Source: Candidatus Latescibacterota bacterium (GTDB lineage: Bacteria > Latescibacterota > UBA2968). From it: 57,530 nucleotides of DNA. The notes beneath the pieces are model-generated. The model had not been told where the DNA came from. It did not search any database and saw nothing but the letters and a program-made list of their open reading frames with translations. The stretch spans positions 1 to 57,530 of the forward strand of contig JAYODI010000021.1 of assembly GCA_038279365.1 (NCBI GenBank), written 5' to 3'. The position numbers and the translations under genes were made by a program. This document shows positions 48,947 to 57,530 of this stretch, piece by piece (the first letter of the stretch is position 1; every line of letters begins with the position of its first letter).

Positions 48947-50180
48947 TTACTCTTTCATCAGGACAAACAATTCATTATCCGGTGTATCTGCAAACCTTCC
49001 GCCCATGGTTTCCAAAACTGCACCACCAATAATGATAGGATCATACACAACCCCAAGTAACTTCCCATGTGCGTCGAAGATCTTGTGTTCTTTATCTGGG
49101 TTGGCATTTCGCCAGGTATTTCGAAATTCAACACGAAATTTTTCCCAATCACCCACTGCATCTCGATTGCAGAAATAACGCGAATGACTTTCGGCAACCA
49201 TGTATTTCCCATTGGGGCCTTTGATCGCAATATTAAATGTTGGGTCCGCATTTCTTAAAACTTCAATGTTAAAAATAGATCGTCCATCGTAGCGCGATAG
49301 GCTCATTGCACCCGAGGGGTCACATTTTAAATATCTATCTTTTTTGGCCAAATAAAGACTATACGTGCCCGAGGAGATAAGTGGGGGGTGGCGGAGGTGG
49401 CGGAGGTGTTCTGTCAATTTGAGTATCACTACCTGCGCCAAACCATCTTGTTTGGTTTGGATATACGTTGGTAATCCAGGGCTTTGGCTCATATGGAGCT
49501 ATTCCAGCAAGTTGATTACCATACTTATAAAAATAGATCTTTTCTGGTGTGGTCGCAGAAAGCCATATACCCCCCCAAACCTCCGTGAATCCACCCCACC
49601 CTTCTCCCACTCTTGTGGGACCCGATAAAAGGGCACCTGTTTCACTGAATTGATAATGAAGCACATCTCCGTTTGCATTAATGCCATAAAGGGAATAGCC
49701 ATTGCCGCCAGAAAAAACTTTCGTAAATCCGCCCCACCCATTCCCAATAGGGGGTGGATTCCAATCTTCCCAGGTTGCAGCACCCGTTACCCAACCCGTA
49801 TGATTATATCGATAAAGATTGCCGCTGGTATCTATGGCAAAAATAATACCGGTCGTGATAATGGGAATAATGTGTGTGAAATTTCCCCAACCTGAAGCAA
49901 CTTCCTGTCCGCCATTCCATTTTTCAGTCTTTTCTTTGACGCCCAAATGTTCATACCACAACAACCTGCCACCGTTATCAACCGCATAGATAATACCACC
50001 GCCCACCGTGAAAACGTGTTTAAAATGCCCCCAATTTGTACCCACCTTTTGACTGGGTAAACCGTCCCACATATTCGTACTATACAAATGCCCATCGGTT
50101 CCAATACTATACACCGACTGTGCTTTGCTTTCGCCTACAAATGCGAGGCACAATAAGCAGAAGACCCATATCTTTTTCAT
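48947..50180 (-). pseudogene. Secreted tachylectin-like beta-propeller + fascin-like domain protein interrupted by a +1 frameshift at C6 (G6 at 49383-49388)
   Basis: Frame A has a signal peptide, GxGWxxF repeats, a Pro8 linker and TAG at 49359. Frame B has fascin-like IAIKGPNGKYMVAE...NRDAVGDWEKF. Removing one C gives a single 410-aa ORF. Confidence 0.7.
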
Positions 50181-50465
50181 CTATATCTCCCAATTTTGAA
50201 TTTCGAAACAGGTTGCAAAACAGCATATTTTATGTATTCACAACAGGTTCTGTGTCGTCTCTCACACGACAAATCAAAATATTAGGGGGTATACGCCTAT
50301 CATGGATGAGAATTTAAGATTGAAAAAGGAAAAATAAAAGTGATAATTATCACCGAAAATTCCAAAACGAACAAAAAAATCCCATCAGATTTGACCCAGA
50401 TATGAACATCCTGTGCTTTCCCAAAAATATCCACAGGCTTTCAAACTGCCGACATAACCTCCTTC

Positions 50466-50498
50466 AAAAAAAGGGGTCAGTGACCCAACACTGACCCC
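50466..50498 (-). terminator. Intrinsic terminator after Gfo/Idh/MocA gene
   Basis: GGGGTCAGTG / CACTGACCCC with an A7 run on the + strand (U7 on the - strand). Confidence 0.8.
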
Positions 50499-50538
50499 AT
50501 CATACTGCCCAATATTCTGATTTACAACGACTACACGG

Positions 50539-51597
50539 TTACGAAATTCGCACTTCTTTTCCTGTCTTGCACGACGCATAAATGCCATCTAAAATCTTCT
50601 GAACGGCCAACGACTCTTCAATCTTCACCAACGGTTCTTCATCGCCCAAAATCGAATTGATAAAATTGGCAAACCGTTCTTCGTGTGGCAGTGCAATTTG
50701 AGGTTCGGGTGTGACCACCTGATAATCTTCATTGCCTGGTTTTTCACCGTAGTGATAAATTTCGCCAGGAAACAACGACGCGCCCCCTTCAGTACCAAAT
50801 ATGTGGACGTCGTGACGGTTGGCATCTTTTTGATGAATGGCCCAACTTACATCCAACGTCACAGTAACGCCGCCTTCAAACTTAATGAGCGCAGTGGCAA
50901 AATCGTCTACGTCGAATGTGATATTTTCGCGATCTGACATGCCCCAACCGCCCTCACCCAAACCCCGATTGCCAAACTTGGTGTAGGTTGCTCCACTGAC
51001 CGACACAGGCTTAAACTGGTTGGATACAAACAAGGCCAAGTCCAACAAATGCACACCAATATCCAACAACGCGCCCCCACCCGCCATTGCCTTGTTGCCA
51101 AACCAAGTACCCAAACGGGGAATGCCCGAGCGGCGAAACCAAAATGCCTTGGCATGATAAATTTCACCCAATTTGCCATCGGCGACCAATTTGTGAATGG
51201 TTTGCGACGGGCCACGAAAACGCTGATTCATCCCCACCATAAACAACTTCCCACTCGCCTTGGCCGCATCGGCCACACCTTGCGCCTCAGCAATATTTAA
51301 TGCAAAAGGCTTGTCCAAAATCACGTGTTTGCCCGCTTCCAAACTCGCCTTAGCCAATGGCGCGTGAAACTTATTGGGCACACCAATATAAATGGCATCC
51401 AAATCGGGGTCATTGATTAAGTCCGCCGAATCCGTATAAGACTTACCAATCTCATACTTATCCGTCAACTCCTTCAAACGCGGTTCATTCACATCACTCG
51501 CCGCCAAAATCTCAGCCTGCCCGTGGTTTAAAATACTCTTACAACTGTTGTGACCAATCTGCCCTGCGCCAATCACACCAAACCGAATCTTGCCCAT
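50539..51597 (-). CDS. Gfo/Idh/MocA oxidoreductase
   Basis: Motifs GVIGAGQIG, HVILDKP and GGGALLDIGVHLLD. GAGG RBS. Confidence 0.92.
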   Translation of the reverse strand: MGKIRFGVIGAGQIGHNSCKSILNHGQAEILAASDVNEPRLKELTDKYEIGKSYTDSADLINDPDLDAIYIGVPNKFHAPLAKASLEAGKHVILDKPFALNIAEAQGVADAAKASGKLFMVGMNQRFRGPSQTIHKLVADGKLGEIYHAKAFWFRRSGIPRLGTWFGNKAMAGGGALLDIGVHLLDLALFVSNQFKPVSVSGATYTKFGNRGLGEGGWGMSDRENITFDVDDFATALIKFEGGVTVTLDVSWAIHQKDANRHDVHIFGTEGGASLFPGEIYHYGEKPGNEDYQVVTPEPQIALPHEERFANFINSILGDEEPLVKIEESLAVQKILDGIYASCKTGKEVRIS

Positions 51598-51697
51598 GTG
51601 TTTCCTCGTTGTGAAAAATGATAAAATAATTCTTCAGCCCCTCACACACCCATAATCACACCAACAGATATACCAAACCACACACATAACCCATCAG

Positions 51698-51870
51698 GAT
51701 TTTCCGCACGGTTCCATTCGTCTACGCACTTCAAAAAAGCAGACAATCTGGTAGGCCACTTTATTTTGTGCATCCTCTAAGGATATTTGCGGAAAATCAG
51801 CCTTCCCGGCACTTGAGGGACGACTTTTTGCTTACTTTTTAGTCGTTTAAAAAGTAAGGCGCCGCAGGCA
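51698..51870. repeat. Palindrome-rich intergenic element
   Basis: 11-bp IR GATTTTCCGCA (51698) / TGCGGAAAATC (51788), and a perfect 11-bp hairpin CTTACTTTTTA / TAAAAAGTAAG (51831-51858). Confidence 0.5.
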
Positions 51871-51892
51871 AGGTGTTAAGGTTTCGATTTTC

Positions 51893-53965
51893 CTAATCCA
51901 ACAAATCATTATGCCGCAACAACGCCTCCGTGCTCGGTTCACGCCCTCTAAAGTCACGATACACATCCATCGGATGCCGCCCACCCCCTTGTGCCAAAAT
52001 CGTATCTCGAAACCGTCGCCCAGTTTCAGCCACAGCCACGTCATTGTCTAAGCCCGCTTCTTCAAATGCCCCAAATGCATCGGCACTGAGCACTTCAGAC
52101 CATTTGTAACTGTAATAACCTGCCGCATACCCACCCGCAAAAATATGTGTAAACGCACACAAAAACCGATCTTCTGGCAACGGTGGCAACACCGACATTT
52201 CTGTGGTGACGCGGTTTTCGACATCAAAAGCTGTTTCATCACCATTGGGGTCGTGCGCGTGATGCAACAACATGTCCATCTTTCCAAAGGACAACTGGCG
52301 CATCATGAGTGATCCGGCTCGGAATGTTCGTGCTGCGCAGATTTTATCAAACAAATCATCGGGCAATGGTTCACCGGTTTCTACATGAGCGGTCATGCCA
52401 ATGAGTGTGGGTTTGTGGTAACACCAATTTTCCATAAACTGACTCGCAATTTCCACCGCATCCCATTCCACACCATTAATACCCGCCACATCGGCATAAT
52501 CTACGGTTGTCAACATGCCTTGTAAACCATGTCCAAACTCGTGAAACAGCGTTTCCACCTCGGTAAAACTCATCAAAGATGGTTTGTCGCCCACGGGTGG
52601 TGTGCCATTGCAAACCAAATGCACCACGGGTACATGCAACTTCCCATTTATCCACCGCCGTCCCATACAATCGTTCATCCACGCGCCACCCCGTTTTTCT
52701 GCTGGGCGAGAATACGGGTCTAAGTAAAACGATGCAATGTGTTTGCCGTCGCGTAAGACATTGAAGAATTGCACATCCTTATGCCATTTGTGTGCATCCA
52801 CATTTTGTGCTTCTTCAATGGTAATGCCAAACAGACGCTCGGCCAAACCAAACAAACCATCTAACACTTTGGGCAATGGAAAATAAGGGCGCAATTGGTC
52901 ATCGGTATAATCAAACTTTTGTTCGCGCAAACGCTCGGCCCAAAAAGCCATGTCCCAATGCAACAGGGGTTCTGTTTGTCCATTTTCTTTTGCTAAGGCT
53001 TCAAGCTCTTCATAATCTTTTTGCATATGTGCCTGGGCCGCTGTGGCCAATTCTTGGGTCATTTGCTCAACTGCGGCCACATCGGGTGCCATTTTGGCCG
53101 CCAAACTCCATTCGGCAAACGACTTAAAACCCAACAAACTGGCTTGTTCTTTGCGCAGTTTTAATATTTTGGCAATTAAACCTGAGTTGTCCCACTCGCC
53201 CGATGATGCGCGTGTTACATAGGCGCGATATACTTGCTCGCGATGTGCTCGTACCTGATGGTGTTGCATAAACGGATAAAAACTTGGGAAATCCAACGTG
53301 ATGCGCCACGGGCCATTCTCTGGATCGGGTGTTGTGCCTTCATTTGCTTGTGCATAAGATTGCGCCCCACCTTGTCGCAAACTGTTTGGCCACCCGTTTG
53401 TATCGGCTTTGTCTTCGATGATCAATTCAAATGCTTTGGTGGCATCTAAAACATGATTGGAAAAATCAGAACCAATTTGCGACATTTCTTTTGCAATGGC
53501 ATTAAACCGCTCTTTTGCCTCACCTTCAAGCCCCACACCCGCGTGTTCGGCAGCGCGAATTTTGAGGGTTATACATCGGCGTTGTGCTTCATCTAAATTT
53601 TGCCACTCTTCACCATCGCGAATGGCCACCAACCCTTCATATATGGGGCGGCTTTGTTGAATGCGCAAACCAAAAGCCACCACATCTTGTAATACCGCTT
53701 CATGCGCTTTGCGTAGGTCATCGGAATTTTTCACACTCATCAAATGTCCAACAGGCCCCCAAGCATATTCAAACGGCACATCCATATCTTCCAAAGGCTT
53801 TAACAATCCATCCCAAGTGGGGGTAAGTGTTTTTTCCAATTCTTCAATTTGTTTTTCCACTTGGAGCAATAAATTTTTAACACCTGGTTCTACATGTTCG
53901 GGCTTGATTTCGTCGTATCGCGGTAATCCATCTGTTACCAGAAGCGGATTGTTTTCCAATGCCAT
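51893..53965 (-). CDS. prlC: Oligopeptidase A (M3 metallopeptidase)
   Basis: Motifs NNPLL, KRGGAWM, FHEFGHGL, WDAVE.ASQFME and HIFAGGYAAGYYSYKW. Confidence 0.92.
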   Translation of the reverse strand: MALENNPLLVTDGLPRYDEIKPEHVEPGVKNLLLQVEKQIEELEKTLTPTWDGLLKPLEDMDVPFEYAWGPVGHLMSVKNSDDLRKAHEAVLQDVVAFGLRIQQSRPIYEGLVAIRDGEEWQNLDEAQRRCITLKIRAAEHAGVGLEGEAKERFNAIAKEMSQIGSDFSNHVLDATKAFELIIEDKADTNGWPNSLRQGGAQSYAQANEGTTPDPENGPWRITLDFPSFYPFMQHHQVRAHREQVYRAYVTRASSGEWDNSGLIAKILKLRKEQASLLGFKSFAEWSLAAKMAPDVAAVEQMTQELATAAQAHMQKDYEELEALAKENGQTEPLLHWDMAFWAERLREQKFDYTDDQLRPYFPLPKVLDGLFGLAERLFGITIEEAQNVDAHKWHKDVQFFNVLRDGKHIASFYLDPYSRPAEKRGGAWMNDCMGRRWINGKLHVPVVHLVCNGTPPVGDKPSLMSFTEVETLFHEFGHGLQGMLTTVDYADVAGINGVEWDAVEIASQFMENWCYHKPTLIGMTAHVETGEPLPDDLFDKICAARTFRAGSLMMRQLSFGKMDMLLHHAHDPNGDETAFDVENRVTTEMSVLPPLPEDRFLCAFTHIFAGGYAAGYYSYKWSEVLSADAFGAFEEAGLDNDVAVAETGRRFRDTILAQGGGRHPMDVYRDFRGREPSTEALLRHNDLLD

Positions 53966-54071
53966 TTTTTCTCCCATCATCATTTTTTTGAATTTAAGAA
54001 TGTTTAAAACCTACATCGCTCATCACATGCTGTCAATCTTGAAATATATGTGCATATCACAATGACCTATT

Positions 54072-54725
54072 TCAAGTTGTCTTTAATAAGGTTTCTACCT
54101 CACCTACCACTTCGCGCACATTGTTCAACACTTTATATGCGGGTGAAAAATCACCGTGTTGGCTTAATGCATTGGGCACCACAAAAACCTTCAATCCTGC
54201 ATCGGCAGCAGCCCTACACCCGCGTTCAGAATCTTCAACCACAATACATTCATTGGGTTTTAAGCCGTGTAACCGCATGGCTGTCAAGTATGCATCGGGA
54301 TGGGGTTTGGATTTTTCATATCCTTCGCGTGCCAATACAAATTCAAAAAAAGGCAACATCCCTGTTTGGCTGTGTATAATGTCAAAGTGGTTTTGACGTG
54401 AGCCTGTAACCACGCCCATGCGCACCCGCCCGTGTAATGTGGCCAATGTTTCTCGTGCACCTTCTATTACTTTTAAATGGGTGCGTAATAAATCGCTATA
54501 TCGTGCATTACGTTTAAGGCGCAAAGGGGCAATGATTTTGGGGTCTTGATCGGGTAACAAATCAAAGACGCTCATCCCTTTTTTTAAGGATTGCTCAATA
54601 AATTCTTCTGTGGTTAAAACCACGCCTTGCTCGGCCAATATTTCTCGCCCAGCCTGAAAATACAGTATTTCTGTGTCTACCAACACCCCATCATTATCCC
54701 ACAAAATCGCTTTTAGCACACCCAC
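54072..54725 (-). CDS. HAD-superfamily phosphatase
   Basis: Motifs WDNDGVLVDTE, KPHPD and VVEDS..G. Confidence 0.9.
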   Translation of the reverse strand: MGVLKAILWDNDGVLVDTEILYFQAGREILAEQGVVLTTEEFIEQSLKKGMSVFDLLPDQDPKIIAPLRLKRNARYSDLLRTHLKVIEGARETLATLHGRVRMGVVTGSRQNHFDIIHSQTGMLPFFEFVLAREGYEKSKPHPDAYLTAMRLHGLKPNECIVVEDSERGCRAAADAGLKVFVVPNALSQHGDFSPAYKVLNNVREVVGEVETLLKTT

Positions 54726-54727
54726 TC

Positions 54728-55132
54728 CTATGTTGAAACAAATCGATTCATCGAAACTGCGACATCAGAAAAAGCAGATAATATTTTTTGATCTGACGTG
54801 ACCAATGGCACACCTATTTCTTGTGCCAAAACAACAAATTCGCAATCATATGCTGAACACCCCGATCTGATTGCCAAATTCATAACAGGTGCAGACGATA
54901 CAATATGTTCTCTGCCAAACATAAATTGCTCTGCTTGTTCCAAAAGTTTTAATGCATGATCCAATCCAAACCATTCTTGGCGCACATGCAACAATAAGAG
55001 GTTGCGAAACTCACTTCTCCAAAGCAAGGGTGCAATCCATTCGGCATCTTGACGCATGACCCTTTCTGCCAGTGCTGTATGCTCGCCTTCAATGGACAAA
55101 TAGGCAATCACATTGGTATCCGCAACAATCAT
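54728..55132 (-). CDS. PIN-domain VapC-family toxin
   Basis: Motifs IVADTNVI, WRSEFRN, SAYDCEFV.LA and LVTSD. Confidence 0.9.
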   Translation of the reverse strand: MIVADTNVIAYLSIEGEHTALAERVMRQDAEWIAPLLWRSEFRNLLLLHVRQEWFGLDHALKLLEQAEQFMFGREHIVSSAPVMNLAIRSGCSAYDCEFVVLAQEIGVPLVTSDQKILSAFSDVAVSMNRFVST

Positions 55133-55377
55133 GGACGCCCTTCTTCTCTTGCTTTTCGAATGATCTGATCGGTTAAGAGAGGCGCATCAGAAACACGCGC
55201 TCTTAATGTTGCCAAACGTGCCAAAAACGCATCTGGATCAGCACGGTGGCTGGCAAACATATTTTCCAAACAATAGATCACTTCGCCATTCAAACTCCGA
55301 CGATTCCGGGACGCGCTTTCTTTTAGCTTGTCATAAAGCTCAGTGGGAATATTTTTAATGGTCATGTTAACAGGCAT
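55129..55377 (-). CDS. Arc/FitA-like ribbon-helix-helix antitoxin
   Basis: MTIKNIP.ELY..LK..A..NRRSLNGEV. AGGAGG RBS. ATGA overlap with the toxin. Confidence 0.85.
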   Translation of the reverse strand: MPVNMTIKNIPTELYDKLKESASRNRRSLNGEVIYCLENMFASHRADPDAFLARLATLRARVSDAPLLTDQIIRKAREEGRP

Positions 55378-55413
55378 ATTATACCTCCTAAACGGTTGCA
55401 AAATGGTATCATA

Positions 55414-57030
55414 ATGGAATTTACACAGTCCCATCGTACAAAGCAAACGCATTTTGTAGAAAAAGCGAATGGTCTTGTCGCCCAAAACGAACACGTGTGT
55501 CTACAACTTTCTCCTGTTCATTCGTCTGAACAATTTACCAGCGAAGGGTTAACAGAAGAAACCGATTGCAATGTGCTTATTCAGGCCGTATCTGATGGTG
55601 ATATCCTATGTTATATCAATAGACAACCAACAACAACACTGGGTTTCGTTTGCGATGGCAATGCCCAATGGGGGCGTATGCACACAGGTGATCGGCCTGG
55701 GCATATTGAATTCCATATTCAAAAAAACGGGCAAACGATTCTTTGTACACATCTACCTGTGCGCCCAGCAAAGCTGCGTTATGAAGATGATTATCAAACT
55801 ATGCGTGATGACATCCAATGCATTGCTCGTCAATTGGTTTTTAGTTTACCCAAACATGCGCAAATTCAGACACAAATTATTCATGAACAAGGATCACTTT
55901 TAGATTTTCTCCAAATTATTGAACAGCAATGTGGGCGTCTTATCCAAACCTTACACGCCATTCTCAAGCGCCCACACCGTCAACTTGCATCGCACACAGA
56001 AGTACGCGCCATCTCACTTGCCACAGGGCATGACCCCCATTCGCTCACTGATATTGCGCGCAATGGCACACATTGGATTGCCACATCCAAAATGTGTAAA
56101 CAAGCGTTTTCCTTTCAAAACATCTCTCATCTTCAGGAAACCCATCACCATCCAACAACAAATACACCCATCAACCGACACCTCATTTCAAATTTGTCTC
56201 AACTTATACGCCAACTGCGGGCCATCATGCAACACCCACACACAGAATCGTGTCGCCCAATATACAAACGTCTGCAACAAGTTTTACGCCACCGCACATT
56301 TCAGGCCATTCCACCTGCCGACATGAACGATACCATTCCCATCCATATAGATGACCGCTATCAAACTGCTTTTGCCCTTATACGCACGCTTAATCGTGGT
56401 CTTGCACCTTTTTTAGGTGGCTCTTTCGACTTGTCTTATCGCGATACTCCCACGCTTTATGAATACTGGACATGGTTTTTGCTCATTCAAACTTTTCAAA
56501 ACCTTGGTTTTACACCTCAAGTAGACAAAAACCTTTTTCACCTCACCCAACGCGGTATTTATTTATCACCCACCCAAGGTGAAGCCTCTGCGATTCACCT
56601 TCAAAAACACACCACACATATTCGTTGTTTGTATAACCGCACTTATTCCACGGCATCGGGGCGGGCACTTACCCATGATTTGCGCCCCGATATTGTGATT
56701 GAAGTTCAAACCCCAAGTGCCCGAACGGTTCACGCTTTTGATGCCAAATATCGTCGTGAAGACCACCTTGGCTATTGGGTACCTTTGCGTGAAGATATTG
56801 ACAAAATGCACGCTTACCGCGATGCTGTTGGCCAGGTGGTTCAAGACAATTTTAAGCGTATTCTCAAAAGTGCCATTGTTCTTTTCCCTGCCCCTGCTCA
56901 ACCTGCATACTGTACCCATACTTTTTATAAAAGCCTCCCACACGGCATAGGGGGGCTTCCCCTTTTGCCAGGTGATTCAAATACCCAAAACCTGTTATCT
57001 ACGTATATGACCCAATACATTCTGGCATAA
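55414..57030 (+). CDS. DUF2357 / PD-(D/E)XK nuclease (McrC-like)
   Basis: Motifs LYEYW.W, LRPDIVI...FDAKYR and EDIDKMHAYRDA. Start uncertain (no clear RBS). Confidence 0.8.
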   Translation: MEFTQSHRTKQTHFVEKANGLVAQNEHVCLQLSPVHSSEQFTSEGLTEETDCNVLIQAVSDGDILCYINRQPTTTLGFVCDGNAQWGRMHTGDRPGHIEFHIQKNGQTILCTHLPVRPAKLRYEDDYQTMRDDIQCIARQLVFSLPKHAQIQTQIIHEQGSLLDFLQIIEQQCGRLIQTLHAILKRPHRQLASHTEVRAISLATGHDPHSLTDIARNGTHWIATSKMCKQAFSFQNISHLQETHHHPTTNTPINRHLISNLSQLIRQLRAIMQHPHTESCRPIYKRLQQVLRHRTFQAIPPADMNDTIPIHIDDRYQTAFALIRTLNRGLAPFLGGSFDLSYRDTPTLYEYWTWFLLIQTFQNLGFTPQVDKNLFHLTQRGIYLSPTQGEASAIHLQKHTTHIRCLYNRTYSTASGRALTHDLRPDIVIEVQTPSARTVHAFDAKYRREDHLGYWVPLREDIDKMHAYRDAVGQVVQDNFKRILKSAIVLFPAPAQPAYCTHTFYKSLPHGIGGLPLLPGDSNTQNLLSTYMTQYILA

Positions 57031-57060
57031 AAAAATCGGATCAGGTTCACTGATCCGATT
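57029..57060. terminator. Terminator-like hairpin
   Basis: AATCGGATCAG / CTGATCCGATT, immediately after the stop codon. Confidence 0.6.
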
Positions 57061-57216
57061 GTATATCCGCAATCATTCTGTTATATTCTAAAATCAGTCT
57101 TAGACAAAAGGCAGAACCTGGTATCCATCGCGAATGGTTGTTGATGTTTTTATCATCTCAAATTGTTGATTCTTCAGTCTGCCATTGGTCATTTGATCCA
57201 TCTAACCGTTACCTAT

Positions 57217-57474
57217 ATGACCTCTTCTCAACTCCTACAAGAATTTGAAGCCCTTGCCCATCGGATGGGGATTCCCATTTCCCGTGAAGATCTCATGGGC
57301 GGTATGGGGGGGCTGTGTACGATTCGTGGTGAAAAACGCATCATTCTCGACTATCGCCTCGATGTACCGACGCAAGTAGATGTTTTGGCCCAGTCTTTTT
57401 CTCGTTTGCCATTGGACGATATTTTTATAAAACCCTCCGTTCGTGAGCGCATCGACGGCTTCGACAACACCTAA
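57217..57474 (+). CDS. Small hypothetical protein (85 aa)
   Basis: Protein-like ORF with GGLC.I.GE..II.D..L and LDDIFIKPSVRE. RBS is weak. Confidence 0.65.
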   Translation: MTSSQLLQEFEALAHRMGIPISREDLMGGMGGLCTIRGEKRIILDYRLDVPTQVDVLAQSFSRLPLDDIFIKPSVRERIDGFDNT

Positions 57475-57486
57475 GTTCAAAAACAG

Positions 57487-57530
57487 GAATCAACGAATGG
57501 ACGAATCAACGAATGGACGAATCAACGAAT
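57487..57530. repeat. Tandem repeat (GAATCAACGAATGGAC)n running off the window end
   Basis: 2.75 copies of a 16-mer made of alternating ACGAATCA / ACGAATGG octamers. Confidence 0.85.

Noticed and set aside
49389..49492. Independent start for the 181-aa ORF 48947-49492
   Set aside because: This N-terminal part is an out-of-frame reading of the tachylectin gene and lacks an RBS.
57487..57530. CRISPR array
   Set aside because: The units are contiguous 16-mers with no spacers, and there are no cas genes in the window.
1..57530. rRNA, tRNA (including selC), integrase or transposase genes, prophage
   Set aside because: No recognisable signatures. The intergenic gaps are short and mostly explained by terminators or promoters.

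Overview
Bacterial chromosomal segment with about 50 genes. It has no rRNA, tRNA, CRISPR array or intact transposase that I can recognise. The gene content suggests a Gram-negative heterotroph rich in catabolic enzymes (sulfatase, heparinase II/III-like lyase, sialidase-like protein, Gfo/Idh/MocA and MDR oxidoreductases, amidohydrolases, PhyH dioxygenase). It also carries housekeeping genes (lpxH-like, glpK, ppiC, purC, prlC), a TetR-RND-TolC efflux operon and three PIN/VapC toxin-antitoxin pairs. Signals the ORF track misses: (1) a selenocysteine-containing NAD-linked formate dehydrogenase, with in-frame UGA at 15442 and a SECIS hairpin, whose alpha subunit lacks the Cys ligands of one Fe-S cluster; (2) a secreted tachylectin-like plus fascin-like protein split by a +1 frameshift at a C6 run in a polyproline linker; (3) an lpxH-like gene that appears to start at CTG; (4) a diheme cytochrome c lipoprotein / beta-barrel / orphan binding-protein operon next to the FDH; (5) a coupled DUF4395-rhodanese plus thiopurine methyltransferase pair; (6) an orphan McrC-like nuclease. 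All family assignments come from motif recognition by eye, not from database searches.
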